Shown piece by piece: positions 1 to 10,514 of a stretch of DNA of 64,000 nt. The stretch covers positions 544,001 through 608,000 of the forward strand of contig CAWBKB010000005.1 in NCBI GenBank assembly GCA_963789265.1, read 5' to 3'. A program made the position numbers and the translations under genes. This DNA is from an uncultured delta proteobacterium. Its GTDB lineage: Bacteria; Desulfobacterota; Desulfomonilia; Desulfomonilales; Desulfomonilaceae. The first letter of the stretch is position 1. Every line of letters begins with the position of its first letter. The notes beneath the pieces were generated by a model that was given only the letters and a program-made list of their open reading frames with translations, was not told the DNA's origin and did not search any database.

Positions 1-164
1 GGTATTCAGTCGCGATCAGATAATCAGAGCGGTAAGAGGAGAGGATTATCCCGTCACAGACCGCTCTGTCGACGTCCAGATAGCCGGACTGAGGAAAAAG
101 CTTGGCAGCGCCGGCAACACCATCAGAAACCATCAGAGGAGTGGGCTACAGATTGAAGGAGTAA
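1..164 (+). CDS. phoB: OmpR/PhoB-family response regulator, C-terminal winged-helix end (partial; +1 frameshift near 125)
   Basis: Reading from base 2 gives VFSRDQIIRAVRGEDYPVTDRSVDVQIAGLRKKLG; after one extra base it continues ETIRGVGYRLKE-stop (TAA 162-164). Typical trans_reg_C motifs, directly upstream of phoR-phoU. Confidence 0.85.
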
Positions 165-167
165 CCC

Positions 168-1946
168 ATGCGAAAACGGCGAAAGTTGCTGTGGCAACTT
201 TATCCTTCCTACCTGATCATCATCGTGGTCTCTTTGGCGGCGATGGCCTGGTACATGTCCAGGACCTTGAGAGTAGAAGGCAGAGAAAGAGTTTTCGAGA
301 ATCTTAAAGTTCAGGCGGACATTGTTGAGCAATTAGTTTCAGGCCGCATCTCTCCGGAACATTCACCCGAGATCGACGCACTCTTAAAGAATCTGGCCGG
401 GAAGGTATCTACCAGAATTACTGTTGCCATGCCGTCAGGTCTTGTGCTAGGTGACTCGCAGAAAAGTCCGGCAAGCATGGACAACTATTCGGATGACCCC
501 GAAGTGAAAGAAGCCCGTGGGGGCAAGATTGGCATGGCCACGAGATATGACCCAGCTTTGAACGAGGACATGGTCTACGTGGCTATACCCCGAATCGTCA
601 ACGGCCGGCCGGCCGGAATAGTCAGGGCAGGGATGCCTGCCACCGCGATGAGTTCCGCGCTGGCCACCATTTATGGGGATACATTAGTAGGATGCCTGGT
701 CATTGTCTTGTTCGCTGCCATGATAAGCCTCTACGCCTCCCAGAAGATAAGCAGGCCCATCACTCAACTGAAGCTGGGGGCCATCCGATTCGCGGGAGGA
801 GATCTTCACTACAGGCTTGACGCGCCTAATTCCGAAGAGTTCGCCGCACTTGCCGACGCAATGAACGCAATGGCCTCTCAATTACATGCACGCATAACCA
901 CCATAACTCAGCAACGAAACGAACTGGAAGCTGTCCTTTCGGGGATGGTGGAGGCCGTGCTTGTTATCGACAAGTACGAAAATATCCGAAGCGTAAATCG
1001 GGCAGCGGAGAAGCTTTTTCAAATCAACCGCGTCAGAGTTGAAGGCAGAAAGGTTCAGGAGGCAATAAGAAATACAGATCTTCGCCGTTTTGTCACTGAA
1101 ACTCTCTCGCGTGAAGAGCCTCTTGAAGCCGATATAGTCATTCTAGGGGATCCGGAAAAGTTCCTCCAGGCCCACAGCGCGATTCTGAGAGATGTCGACG
1201 GCAAGACGATCAGCGCCTTGGTCGTGTTAAACGATGTGACGCGTTTGAAGCGCTTGGAAAACATTCGCCGGGACTTTGTGGCAAACGTTTCTCATGAATT
1301 AAAGACCCCCATCACCTCGATCAAAGGCTTTCTGGAAACCCTACGCGAGGGCGCCTTGAGAGATCCTGAGCATGCGGAACGCTTTTTGGACATTATTATT
1401 AAACACACTGACAGGCTGAGCGCAATAGTGAATGACTTGTTGAGCCTTTCCAGAATAGAACGTGACTCGGAAAAGGGAGAAATTGCTGTCCAGAATGGTT
1501 CGATAACGGAAGTGCTCGACGCAGTGGGTAAAGCTTGCAATGCGAAGGCTCAATCAAAGAATATAAAGTTGGAGTGCGAAGCGGGCGAGGAAATTGTGGC
1601 CCCGATAAATCCCACTCTCCTCGAGCAGGCTATCGTCAATTTAGTGGATAACGCTGTCAAATATAGCGAATCCGGCCAGACGGTTAGTGTCAGAGCGGAA
1701 AAGATATCCGAAGAAGTAGTCATAAAAGTTATTGATGAAGGAAGTGGAATCCCGAGGGAACATCTCGACCGAATATTTGAGCGCTTTTATCGGGTGGACA
1801 AAGCGAGGAGCCGCAAGGTTGGCGGGACGGGCCTCGGACTGGCAATTGTAAAGCACATTGTCAGCGCACATGGCGGCCGCGTCACCGTACAAAGTTTTCC
1901 TGGCAAGGGGAGCACTTTTTCTATTTATTTGCCCGCCAAAACCTAG
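168..1946 (+). CDS. phoR: Phosphate regulon sensor histidine kinase (TM-HAMP-PAS-HisKA-HATPase)
   Basis: [13 protein letters not shown]-box, [42 protein letters not shown]; lies between a response regulator and phoU. Confidence 0.92.
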   Translation: MRKRRKLLWQLYPSYLIIIVVSLAAMAWYMSRTLRVEGRERVFENLKVQADIVEQLVSGRISPEHSPEIDALLKNLAGKVSTRITVAMPSGLVLGDSQKSPASMDNYSDDPEVKEARGGKIGMATRYDPALNEDMVYVAIPRIVNGRPAGIVRAGMPATAMSSALATIYGDTLVGCLVIVLFAAMISLYASQKISRPITQLKLGAIRFAGGDLHYRLDAPNSEEFAALADAMNAMASQLHARITTITQQRNELEAVLSGMVEAVLVIDKYENIRSVNRAAEKLFQINRVRVEGRKVQEAIRNTDLRRFVTETLSREEPLEADIVILGDPEKFLQAHSAILRDVDGKTISALVVLNDVTRLKRLENIRRDFVANVSHELKTPITSIKGFLETLREGALRDPEHAERFLDIIIKHTDRLSAIVNDLLSLSRIERDSEKGEIAVQNGSITEVLDAVGKACNAKAQSKNIKLECEAGEEIVAPINPTLLEQAIVNLVDNAVKYSESGQTVSVRAEKISEEVVIKVIDEGSGIPREHLDRIFERFYRVDKARSRKVGGTGLGLAIVKHIVSAHGGRVTVQSFPGKGSTFSIYLPAKT

Positions 1947-1984
1947 GTCCTAGAAAATTGCACGATATCGGAGAGAGGTAAGCC

Positions 1985-2650
1985 ATGAGAGTGAGACTTG
2001 AGAGAGATATTGATAAGCTGAAAACGCGCGTTTTATCCTTGAGTACTCTGGTGGAAGAACGCTTTCGTCTGGCAGTGAAATCTATTGAATGCCGTGAAGC
2101 CGCACTGGCTCGAAAGGTTGTTGAGGGCGACATCGAAATAGATCATCTCGAAGTGGATCTTGAGGAGGAATGCCTAAAGGTCCTCGCTCTCCATCAACCT
2201 GTCGCCGATCACCTTCGCTTTATTGTCGCGATTTTGAAGATGAACAACGACCTTGAGCGCATTGGCGACCTGGCAGTCAATATTGCGGAACGAGCGGAAC
2301 GGATTGCCGCGGCCGGCGATATACACATTCCGTTCGATTATTTCACCATGTGCCAGAAGACAGGGGAAATGCTGAAGAAGAGCCTGGATGCACTTGTAAA
2401 TAGGGACCTGCACCTGGCTTATGAGGTGTGCGCTCAGGACGATGATGTGGATTTTATGAAGAACGTCATGCAGGACCAGTTCGCCCAAGAAATACGGGAA
2501 GACCAAGAACACGTTAAATCAATGATCGACTTATTCTTGGTATCGCGCCACTTGGAGCGCATTGCGGACCATGCCACCAACATAGCTGAAGATGTGATCT
2601 ACATGATCAGCGGCGAAATTCACCGTCACCGCGGTGCTGATTACGTCTGA
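1985..2650 (+). CDS. phoU: Phosphate signalling complex protein PhoU
   Basis: Two PhoU repeats (DLERIGDLAVNIA, HLERIADHATNIAE) and QPVA..LR. Confidence 0.95.
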   Translation: MRVRLERDIDKLKTRVLSLSTLVEERFRLAVKSIECREAALARKVVEGDIEIDHLEVDLEEECLKVLALHQPVADHLRFIVAILKMNNDLERIGDLAVNIAERAERIAAAGDIHIPFDYFTMCQKTGEMLKKSLDALVNRDLHLAYEVCAQDDDVDFMKNVMQDQFAQEIREDQEHVKSMIDLFLVSRHLERIADHATNIAEDVIYMISGEIHRHRGADYV

Positions 2651-2719
2651 GCAACAGATGGTGTGCGCGGTCTTTCCACTGTACCAAAGGTTCACTGCGT
2701 GCTTTAAGGCAAAGATGAT

Positions 2720-3545
2720 ATGACGGCCAAAGTCTACGAAAAGCGCCTCTGCGAACTCTACCGGACCTACAACCGCCGGGAGTTTGTCCATCCGGACCCT
2801 TTGGAATTCCTTTACGATTACGAGGGCCTTGAAGATCGAGAAATAGTTGGGCTGGTGGCTTCGTCACTCGCCTACGGCGGAGTCCGTCAGATCCTGAAAG
2901 GGGTGAAAGTCGTTCTGGATCGTATGGAGTCCCCGTATGAGTTCCTCAAACATAATTCCCGCGAATCGCTGATAAAGATTTTCAGGAGCTTCAAATACAG
3001 GTTTACTACGGGTGAAGAGCTTGCGTGTATGCTTTACGGCATTAAGCGAGTAGTGGAAGAGCATGGTTCTTTGCAGGCATGCTTTGCAAAGTCACTGCGT
3101 AACGGTCATGAAACAATCATCCCGGCTTTATCAATTTTTGTTAAGGAGCTGTCTGCCGGGTTCGAATGCAAGCCGCGCAGTCTTCTCCCTTCTCCCGAGG
3201 CCGGAAGTGCATGCAAGAGACTGAACCTGTATTTGAGATGGATGGTTAGACGCGATGATGTGGACCCCGGCGGATGGGACGATGTACCCACTTCAAAGTT
3301 ACTGGTGCCTTTGGACACGCACATGCACAGGATCAGCCTTCAACTGGGACTCACCAATCGAAGGCAGGCAAACCTGCGAGCCGCGTGCGAAATCACTGCC
3401 GCGTTCAGAAACTATCGAACCCGACGATCCTGTGCGTTATGATTTTGCTCTCACTCGATTAGGTATCCGCGACGATTTGGATCCCGCCGAATTTCTCAGC
3501 TCTTGCAAGACAGCACTTGCATGCTCTAGGCAGAAAGACGCTTGA
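2720..3545 (+). CDS. TIGR02757/DUF2400 family protein (+1 frameshift near 3410)
   Basis: DPLEF, SSLAYG, SACKRLNLYLRWMVRRDDVDPGGW and VPLDTH motifs; the conserved C-terminus PDDPVRYDFAL is in the next frame (ORF 3255-3545). Confidence 0.85.
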
Positions 3546-3676
3546 GGAGCCCTATAATGCAATTGCCAAAAAAGAACGCACTTATGCACTTGACAAAAGT
3601 TACGCGGAACAATGGGGTGAAATCATAAGATAGATGCAGGCAGCCTATTAGGGCTCATGCGGGACTCAATGAGACC

Positions 3677-3735
3677 GCCACCCCGGCGAAGGCCGGGGTC
3701 CAGAAGACCTGGATTCCGGCCTTCGCCGGAATGAC
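3677..3735. repeat. GTCA-type REP doublet (two inverted hairpins)
   Basis: gccaccccggcgaaggccggggtccag and ctggattccggccttcgccggaatgac are near-perfect inverted copies of each other. Confidence 0.8.
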
Positions 3736-3881
3736 GGACATGGACCTTTTCCAAGTGAATAGTTCCCAAAAAGAATGTTCCGTTTTTGCTATCCGGTGCA
3801 TAGAATTTGCAAAGAGCGATCTGACTGGCCGCGAGACGCGGGATTGCCGTCACGTAAGCGTACCTTGCCGACACATTCCGG

Positions 3882-3908
3882 GTAGGGGCACGGCATGCCT
3901 TGCCCTAC
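3882..3908. repeat. GTAG-type REP palindrome
   Basis: gtaggggcacggcatgccttgccctac (GTAG...CTAC), at the 3' end of the DUF192 gene. Confidence 0.7.
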
Positions 3909-4402
3909 TTTACGGGAGCACCGAACCGCACGCTTTGCCCCATTTTGATCCCATACTTCTTGCAAAACCCGGCTTTAATCTCCAGGCAGTATCGGCAAGG
4001 GAACATGGACGGATAAATCAGCCCGGAATTTGGCTCAATGCTGTCATAAATGATCTTGATCTCACCGTTCCCATCTATCCAGACCGCATCAATCGGGAAC
4101 TTCATTCCCTGCATGTGGATCGCGTATTTCCCTACTGTCCTGAAATCAAGCAACATCCCAATCGCTTCAGTTATCTGCTCCCATCCGAGAAGACCTCGGA
4201 TTCTCGAAGCGTAAGTGTCGGCCACCACAGCCTGAATCGTTTGATTGCCTAATGTTATTGGAATCGTTTGCAGTTCCGAATTCGAGATCATTCCGCCTTC
4301 GGCCCGATCAACGATTTGAGACAGATGCGAAACTGTCGGGAACGCCACCAGGGCCGTTAAAATATAGACTGTCTTTCTCAAAGAGCGCAATGAAACCGGC
4401 AT
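3905..4402 (-). CDS. DUF192 domain protein with N-terminal signal/TM segment (start uncertain)
   Basis: VADTYASRIRGL, GMLLDF, HMQGMKFPIDAVWID, YCLEIKAG, GIKMG motifs. Confidence 0.8.
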   Translation of the reverse strand: MPVSLRSLRKTVYILTALVAFPTVSHLSQIVDRAEGGMISNSELQTIPITLGNQTIQAVVADTYASRIRGLLGWEQITEAIGMLLDFRTVGKYAIHMQGMKFPIDAVWIDGNGEIKIIYDSIEPNSGLIYPSMFPCRYCLEIKAGFCKKYGIKMGQSVRFGAPVK

Positions 4403-4609
4403 GATTTTATTACTCCAGTAACCTTTACCCCGGAACTGGAAAGAATTAATCTGCCACATCCGAACCATTTTTTGAAGGGCCGTGTCCACAAACTCGGGCA
4501 CCAAAAAACCGGCCTCAATTTCACGGTTGACACCGCGTAAGTAGGCCGAGTATGATCGGGGCCGGTTACAGCATAATACAGATATCTATTTAACATTATT
4601 GGAAAGATC

Positions 4610-7600
4610 GTGCTCGATTCATTCCTCGAATGGTTACACAGCCCGCGCAATCACGATTGGGACCTGAGCCATCACGAGATCCTGCCTGAAAAGCCATCCG
4701 AGTTCGCTCCTATTCCGGCCGAGTTGGATCCTCGCGTTGTAGATCTGATAACTTCGTCCGGGATTAAATCTTTGTATTCCCATCAAGCAGCCGCCGCTGA
4801 ATATTGCCTACGAGGCAAGGACACGGTCCTATCAACAAGCACCGCCAGCGGAAAGACGGTTGCATATCAAATCCCGGTGTTGCACCGTCTCATCAGGGAT
4901 CCGCATGCGTGTGCCTTATTCCTTTTCCCGCTGAAGGCTCTGGAACGAGACCAGAGAGACGCATTCCTTACCCTGGGGGCCGATGCGGGCTTGAGTGCCG
5001 CGGTGTACGACGGCGACACATCCGAATCCGAACGCCGCAAGATCAGGAGCAATCCTCCACGAGTCCTCATAACCAATCCTGATATGCTCCATCTTGGACT
5101 TCTAGCATTTCACGACACCTGGAAAGCCTTCTTTTCCCGCCTGTCCTTTATTGTCCTGGATGAAGTTCATACGTACAAAGGGATTTTCGGCAGCCATATT
5201 TCACAGGTGTTGCTGAGAACACTGCGTGTGTGTTTCATCCACGGAGGGAATCCCCAATTCATTGCCTGCTCCGGGACGGTGGCAAATCCGGGCACGTTCG
5301 TTTCCAGACTGATCGGTCGGGACCCCGTTGTTATAGACCGGTCCGGGGCGCCTACGTGGAAGCGGCATTTCATCTTTCTTAATCCGGTCTTGAGCCCCAA
5401 TACGATAGCCGCCCGACTCTTTGTCAAGGCCCTGGAATCGGGCCTTAAAACCATCGTGTTTACCCGTGCCCGTAAAATAACGGAACTGATCACTACCTGG
5501 GTCTTGCACGAAGCCCCTCATTTAAGGAACCGCATCAGCTCTTATCGAGCCGGCTTTCTCCCTGAAGAACGCCGTTATATCGAAGCGAAGTTGTTTTCCG
5601 GAGAAATGGATGGGGTGATTTCTACCTCCGCTCTGGAGATGGGGATCGATGTCGGTGGATTGGATCTCTGTCTGCTCGTGGGCTATCCGGGAACTATTAT
5701 CAATACTTGGCAGAGAGGCGGCAGAGTGGGCCGGGCCGGGCGGCCCAGCGCTATCGTCATGCTTGCAGGCAACGATGCACTGGATCAGTATTTCTTGAGG
5801 AATCCCAGGGACTTTTTCGAGCGTTCTTGCGAGGAAGCTATCTTGGATCCATTTAACTGTGAGGTGCTTAAACGACACCTCCCCTGCGCTGCGGCTGAAA
5901 CGCCAATCTTCCCCGAGGAGGAATGGAGCCGTCGGCCACAAATCCGAGCCGCCCTGGAAGAGCTTGAACAGGATGGCGCACTTTATCGCGGCCAGGACGG
6001 CTCCTGGCATTCATCTTCGAGGCGACCCCATCGTGGGGTTGACCTGCGAGGAATAGGTGAGTCCTACGCCATATTCCTGGAAGACCGAAAGACCCTGATA
6101 GGAAGCTCATCCGGGATGCGTGCATTCACCGAATGCCACGAAGGTGCGGTGTACTTCCATAGGACCAAGCAGTATGTCGTGGCCAAGCTGGATCTGGAGC
6201 GTCGGAACGTTCTGGTGAAGCCGTGCCGTCTTAATTATTACACTCGGGCTCTGAGTGAGAAGGATACCAAGATACTTGGAACCCCGATTCGCGCGAGAGA
6301 ATTCCCCGGCTTTACCGTACGGGAGGGAAGACTTAAGGTCACTACACAAATCGTGGGGTACGAGAAACGCCGGACTTCCGGCCAGGAACTCATCGGTGTC
6401 GTGGACCTGGATCTTCCTCCTGTCCACTTCGAAACCATCGGGATTTGGATAGAAATACCGGACAAAGTCAAGGACGCCATTAAAAAAACGGGACTTCATT
6501 TCATGGGCGGAATTCATGCGATGGAGCACGCCGCGATTTCGATGTTCCCTCTCTTCGCTTTGTGCGACCGGGACGACATAGGAGGTATAAGCACGCCGGA
6601 ACACGAACAGGTATGCAGGGCCGCAGTGTTCATATATGACGGCCACCCGGGTGGAGTAGGGCTCTCGCACCGTGCGTTTGAGGTGATCGACGAACTGTTG
6701 GAGAAAACTCGTCTTCTTGTGGAAAAATGCCCGTGCGAAGACGGATGCCCCTCCTGCATACATTCGCCGAAATGCGGTTCAGGCAACAAGCCATTGGATA
6801 AGAAAGCTTGCCTGGCGACCCTCGAATTCCTGCTGCACCCGGATAGCGCGATTCTACCCCTCAAAACGGGGACAAAGCCGCAAATCCCCACAAAACCCGC
6901 CCTCGGCCCTATTTTCCCCGATCTGCACTACAACTTGCTTGAACAAAGGGACTTACTATGTCGTAGGAAGGAGAACGATGTGAAAACACAGAGATACGAG
7001 GAGAAAACCGCCCGCGAAAACCGCTCTGTGACAAAGTCCCCTGACAAGAAAAGAGTCGCGATCCCAAAACTCAAGAGAACAGTGACGGATTTTTCCAAGA
7101 AAGCGGGGATAACTTTATCGTTTGAGGAGGAACAGCCGGCAATGGTTGCTGAACCCACGCGACAAGGGGCGGTAAAAACCCGAAAAAGGGTCGTGGTGTT
7201 TGATGTGGAAACACAGAAGCTCGCCCAAGAGGTCGGGGGATGGAAACACATTTCCAAAATGCGTCTGTCTCTTGCGGTCGCTCACACTGATGAAGATGGT
7301 TTTCTCACGTTTACCGAGGAAAATGTCTCTGATTTGATAGAGTTGCTTAAAGGGGCCGACCTGGTGGTTGGCTTCAATCACGTGAGATTCGATTACGAAG
7401 TCCTGAGCGCATACACCCGTGAGCCGTTGAGGGATTTGCCGAATTTGGACATTCTTCTCGATGTCAAGGCTGCTCTGGGCTTTCGGTTGAAGCTGGACCA
7501 TTTGGCAGAGATCACGCTGGGCAGGAAGAAGTCGGGAGACGGTCTTGACGCGGTCCGGTGGTTTCGTGAAGAGAAGATGGACCTGATCGAGCAGTATTGT

Positions 7601-7762
7601 CGGGATGATGTCGAGATCACCCGGGATTTGTACCGATTCGGTCTTGAAAAAGGTTTTCTCCTGTATCGTGGAGATCGCCGTGGAATATCGCAGATCCCGG
7701 TTGACTGGAGAGATCGAGTCGGAGGGACGGATAATAAACGGATCGAAAAATCTAGGAATTAG
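4610..7762 (+). CDS. DEAD/DEAH-box helicase with DUF1998 (MrfA/YprA/SftH type) fused to a C-terminal RNase H-like (YprB/MrfB-like) exonuclease domain
   Basis: TASGKT, DEVH, STSALEMGID, QRGGRVGR; Cys cluster CPCEDGCPSC; C-terminal VVFDVET, GFNHVRFD and YCRDDV (DEDD-type). Confidence 0.88.
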   Translation: MLDSFLEWLHSPRNHDWDLSHHEILPEKPSEFAPIPAELDPRVVDLITSSGIKSLYSHQAAAAEYCLRGKDTVLSTSTASGKTVAYQIPVLHRLIRDPHACALFLFPLKALERDQRDAFLTLGADAGLSAAVYDGDTSESERRKIRSNPPRVLITNPDMLHLGLLAFHDTWKAFFSRLSFIVLDEVHTYKGIFGSHISQVLLRTLRVCFIHGGNPQFIACSGTVANPGTFVSRLIGRDPVVIDRSGAPTWKRHFIFLNPVLSPNTIAARLFVKALESGLKTIVFTRARKITELITTWVLHEAPHLRNRISSYRAGFLPEERRYIEAKLFSGEMDGVISTSALEMGIDVGGLDLCLLVGYPGTIINTWQRGGRVGRAGRPSAIVMLAGNDALDQYFLRNPRDFFERSCEEAILDPFNCEVLKRHLPCAAAETPIFPEEEWSRRPQIRAALEELEQDGALYRGQDGSWHSSSRRPHRGVDLRGIGESYAIFLEDRKTLIGSSSGMRAFTECHEGAVYFHRTKQYVVAKLDLERRNVLVKPCRLNYYTRALSEKDTKILGTPIRAREFPGFTVREGRLKVTTQIVGYEKRRTSGQELIGVVDLDLPPVHFETIGIWIEIPDKVKDAIKKTGLHFMGGIHAMEHAAISMFPLFALCDRDDIGGISTPEHEQVCRAAVFIYDGHPGGVGLSHRAFEVIDELLEKTRLLVEKCPCEDGCPSCIHSPKCGSGNKPLDKKACLATLEFLLHPDSAILPLKTGTKPQIPTKPALGPIFPDLHYNLLEQRDLLCRRKENDVKTQRYEEKTARENRSVTKSPDKKRVAIPKLKRTVTDFSKKAGITLSFEEEQPAMVAEPTRQGAVKTRKRVVVFDVETQKLAQEVGGWKHISKMRLSLAVAHTDEDGFLTFTEENVSDLIELLKGADLVVGFNHVRFDYEVLSAYTREPLRDLPNLDILLDVKAALGFRLKLDHLAEITLGRKKSGDGLDAVRWFREEKMDLIEQYCRDDVEITRDLYRFGLEKGFLLYRGDRRGISQIPVDWRDRVGGTDNKRIEKSRN

Positions 7763-7828
7763 GTAGATAAGTTGTCGGTCTTGTCTACGTGCTCCGTTTC
7801 GCGAGATCGGTGACACAGTTTATACTCC

Positions 7829-7857
7829 GGTGGGACAGGCAGGATGCCTGTCCCACC
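7829..7857. repeat. GGTGGGACAGGC-type REP palindrome
   Basis: ggtgggacaggcaggatgcctgtcccacc; the same unit brackets the composite repeat at about 13429-13537. Confidence 0.8.
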
Positions 7858-7951
7858 AATGCAGCGATCTTTCACTGCCGGCTCCGAGCCGAGTGGCTCT
7901 ATCAAGATAGGCACAATTTCAATCCGGTTTCTTAAGCAATAAGAGCGCGCC

Positions 7952-7980
7952 GGTGCCACTGCTGGCTGGACCAGCAGTGC
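7952..7980. repeat. REP flanking the RAYT 3' end
   Basis: ggtgccactgctggctggaccagcagtgc; internally palindromic and an inverted copy of 8614-8642. Confidence 0.85.
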
Positions 7981-8003
7981 ATATTAGATATCCTACCGAG
8001 TTG

Positions 8004-8591
8004 TCAGACAGGAACCGCTTCGCCAAGTGTAGTCACCGAAGGAAGTCCGTAATCGGCTTGAAGCGACGGGCCGGCATAATGGCGAGCGCTTGACCACCGC
8101 CAGTCTAATTCGCGGCTTACTAGTCCCCGTCGGACAGGGTTAAAATGGATGTAAGCGGTTGCAGCCGACGCGGTTTCCAAGCTGATAATGTTTCGGTCGT
8201 ACCCCGGGCCTTCCTGCCAGAAACGGAAAACCGTTACTCCTTGGCGCTGGCGAATAGTCAGCTTGCGCAACAGATCACTGCCGTTTTCAATTAATGATCG
8301 CTTGATACGATAGGAAAACGGTCTTTTGATAGCCTTGAGCAGCTCATCAATACGGGAAGCTGTTTCTTGTGGAAGAACCAATAAGTGCACGTGTTCTGGC
8401 ATGTAAACAAACGCTATCAGCCGATAGCTATGGCGCTCCATTGCTCGGTCGATGCTATCAGTGAGCATCAGACGCCACACGTTATTCGTCAACAACGGGA
8501 GGCGCTTGTAACAGGAAAAGGTCAATTCGTGGAACTGGTTAGCCTCATTAAAATGTCGGACTCTTTTGCGATGGACAGCCGGTAGTTCCAT
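8004..8591 (-). CDS. REP-associated tyrosine transposase (RAYT; HUH/Y1, IS200-related)
   Basis: HELTFSC, VYMPEHVHLL (HUH), FWQEGPGYDRNI, YIHFNPVRRGLV, WRWSSA; inverted REPs on both sides. ATG at 8591 chosen because the upstream ORF start lies inside the REP. Confidence 0.9.
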   Translation of the reverse strand: MELPAVHRKRVRHFNEANQFHELTFSCYKRLPLLTNNVWRLMLTDSIDRAMERHSYRLIAFVYMPEHVHLLVLPQETASRIDELLKAIKRPFSYRIKRSLIENGSDLLRKLTIRQRQGVTVFRFWQEGPGYDRNIISLETASAATAYIHFNPVRRGLVSRELDWRWSSARHYAGPSLQADYGLPSVTTLGEAVPV

Positions 8592-8613
8592 ACTTCTACT
8601 GCGTTCAATTTCC

Positions 8614-8642
8614 GCACTGCTGGACAAGCCAGCAGTGGCACC
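8614..8642. repeat. REP flanking the RAYT 5' end
   Basis: gcactgctggacaagccagcagtggcacc; its reverse complement matches 7952-7980 at 27 of 29 positions. Confidence 0.85.
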
Positions 8643-8705
8643 CGAATTTCAAGACCTTGAACTCTTGAGTAGAGATGTCGCGAACTTTTCGTTTCGCGCC
8701 CACAC

Positions 8706-8731
8706 AAAGAAAAGCGACCCCACAGGGTCGC
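8706..8731 (-). terminator. Probable intrinsic terminator of the 8766-10271 gene
   Basis: gcgaccc-caca-gggtcgc stem followed on the minus strand by a U-rich tail. Confidence 0.7.
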
Positions 8732-8765
8732 CCATTCGTGTTTTTCCAAGCCTCTCTGTGATCCA

Positions 8766-10271
8766 CTAAAACATGATTCCACCGGAGACACCGACCGTGA
8801 AACCTCCCGGATTAAACGACGTCCTTATTCCAAGGAGTTCGTAGCTCTGCGAATTGGCCCAAGTGTAGTCTGCGGAACCGTTCAAGTAGTATCCGGTGCT
8901 GCCAATTGACAGGTCTCCACCCACAAACAGCCCATAATGAGGCCGCCAGTCGTCGTACGTGCCGGTTTCGGCCAAAAGAACTTGTCCGGCCGTTACCTCA
9001 ATCTCGGGCGAAGTCTCGGCGGCAACGTAGGTCCTGGAGGCGGAGATATTGTAGTGCACGGGAATGAAGGCAGCCCCCATTGTCACCCCTATACGTCCCA
9101 TACCATACAACGGAAACCAGCTTCTGCCACCGTATCTATTTTCAATAACGTTCATTTCAGCCGAATTGGTGATGTTTTCCAGGATGTTTTCAATAGGGAC
9201 CACTGCATTCGTTTGGGTGATGAATTGCCGATTCGGGTATATCCCGCGAAGAGGACTGTTCGTGGCGATATGATAATTCTGTGTCGCTGACGAAGCTGTA
9301 TTGATCGAATTCGATGATTGAAAAGCGCCCAATGATATCGGCCATGGGGTAGTGTCGTCCGATACGAATGGGAAGGTATCTTGAATTATTATACTACCTG
9401 CCTGCCCCTGAATGGTATTGGACACTGCCATTGAATTGCTCGTCCTGAACCAGAAGAATCCGGAGAAGAGATCAAAATAGTTTGACCACTGGTATCCTGC
9501 TTCGATAGTCGGCCCCCAGACAGGGGCTTCAAATACCCTATTAGGGTTGGATACGGGGTCCACCGAAAAAACCAGACTGCCGGGAACCGCTACTGAAAAA
9601 GTGACCTGTGTGGTTAAGGACATATTGCTAAGGCTATTTACCTGAGTCGTGGGGTCATCTATGACAAAGCTGCCTAATGACGAGGGAGCCACTCCGGTAC
9701 AACACGAACCGTCCAATTTGCTCAGCTCTTCTATGAACCGTCCGATTACCGGATCAACAACAGAGTAGGTCCATAGAAAGTCGCGATTGCACGTTATGGT
9801 GGCGGGCGGGGTAACGGTGCTGTCCGTACACGTTACAGGAATTTGTGGATCAATAGCGTTAGCCGGCGGTGGATCGAGGGTCTCGGTACCTGGAATAACA
9901 TCCCCGCTTATCAGGCCGTTGTCATAAACCCAGGCAAAACCGAGCGTAGTTACCAGGTTTCCACTAGTGCCGTCGAAACCGGTTTGCCCTGTTCCCACAC
10001 CGAAGTTACCTGCCGTCCCAGGTCCGAAAGGAATGGTGCCCTGGCTCACGGTGATTGAGTTCGGACCGGGAAGGACGTCGACCCTGAAGGCATCGACGTT
10101 GCGATATTTGGCGCCGGCCTGGAGATAAAACCTGCCGTAGCACAGGGATGGCTGTGTAGGAGCCATGAACGGCGGTTGTAATTCCTGGGCGACTGAGTAG
10201 CTGCTGACGGAGAGGAAAGCAAGGGCTATCCCGAGCAAAGCGACAGGGCGTATATGGCTGCGGAGTGTCAT
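8766..10271 (-). CDS. Secreted protein, probable outer-membrane beta-barrel with large loops
   Basis: Signal peptide (RPVALLGIALAFLSVSSYSVA-Q), amphipathic strands (FYLQAGAKY, TIEAGYQW, YGLFVGGDLSI, YYLNGSADYTW) and terminal Phe. Confidence 0.55.
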   Translation of the reverse strand: MTLRSHIRPVALLGIALAFLSVSSYSVAQELQPPFMAPTQPSLCYGRFYLQAGAKYRNVDAFRVDVLPGPNSITVSQGTIPFGPGTAGNFGVGTGQTGFDGTSGNLVTTLGFAWVYDNGLISGDVIPGTETLDPPPANAIDPQIPVTCTDSTVTPPATITCNRDFLWTYSVVDPVIGRFIEELSKLDGSCCTGVAPSSLGSFVIDDPTTQVNSLSNMSLTTQVTFSVAVPGSLVFSVDPVSNPNRVFEAPVWGPTIEAGYQWSNYFDLFSGFFWFRTSNSMAVSNTIQGQAGSIIIQDTFPFVSDDTTPWPISLGAFQSSNSINTASSATQNYHIATNSPLRGIYPNRQFITQTNAVVPIENILENITNSAEMNVIENRYGGRSWFPLYGMGRIGVTMGAAFIPVHYNISASRTYVAAETSPEIEVTAGQVLLAETGTYDDWRPHYGLFVGGDLSIGSTGYYLNGSADYTWANSQSYELLGIRTSFNPGGFTVGVSGGIMF

Positions 10272-10514
10272 GTGCAATCCTTGACTGATTTGTCGGGCCG
10301 TTTGCGAGAGGAACTCCCTGCACATCAGATTTTGCATTAGCCTTGGAGGCTGTGGGAGTTATAGCACACTGGAACATGGTAGTCAACAAAAATTACTAAG
10401 TATTTACATGATGTTTTTCCAAATTATTAAAGTTAAACTTGATGTATGAGATGGCCGCCCATTATGCCGCGTATCGAGAACAAGGCATCAACGAATGGAC
10501 AGGGGAAGGATTCA

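Noticed and set aside
3623..4252. ORFs 3623-3874 and 3731-4252
   Set aside because: Built from REP sequence or antisense to DUF192; no recognisable motifs.
4610..7762. DISARM or Druantia defence system based on the DUF1998 helicase
   Set aside because: No neighbouring SNF2 helicase, phospholipase D or methylase; the architecture fits MrfA-type repair.
8004..8591. IS200/IS605 element with TnpB or IscB
   Set aside because: No adjacent RuvC/HNH ORF; the protein has RAYT motifs and REP flanks.
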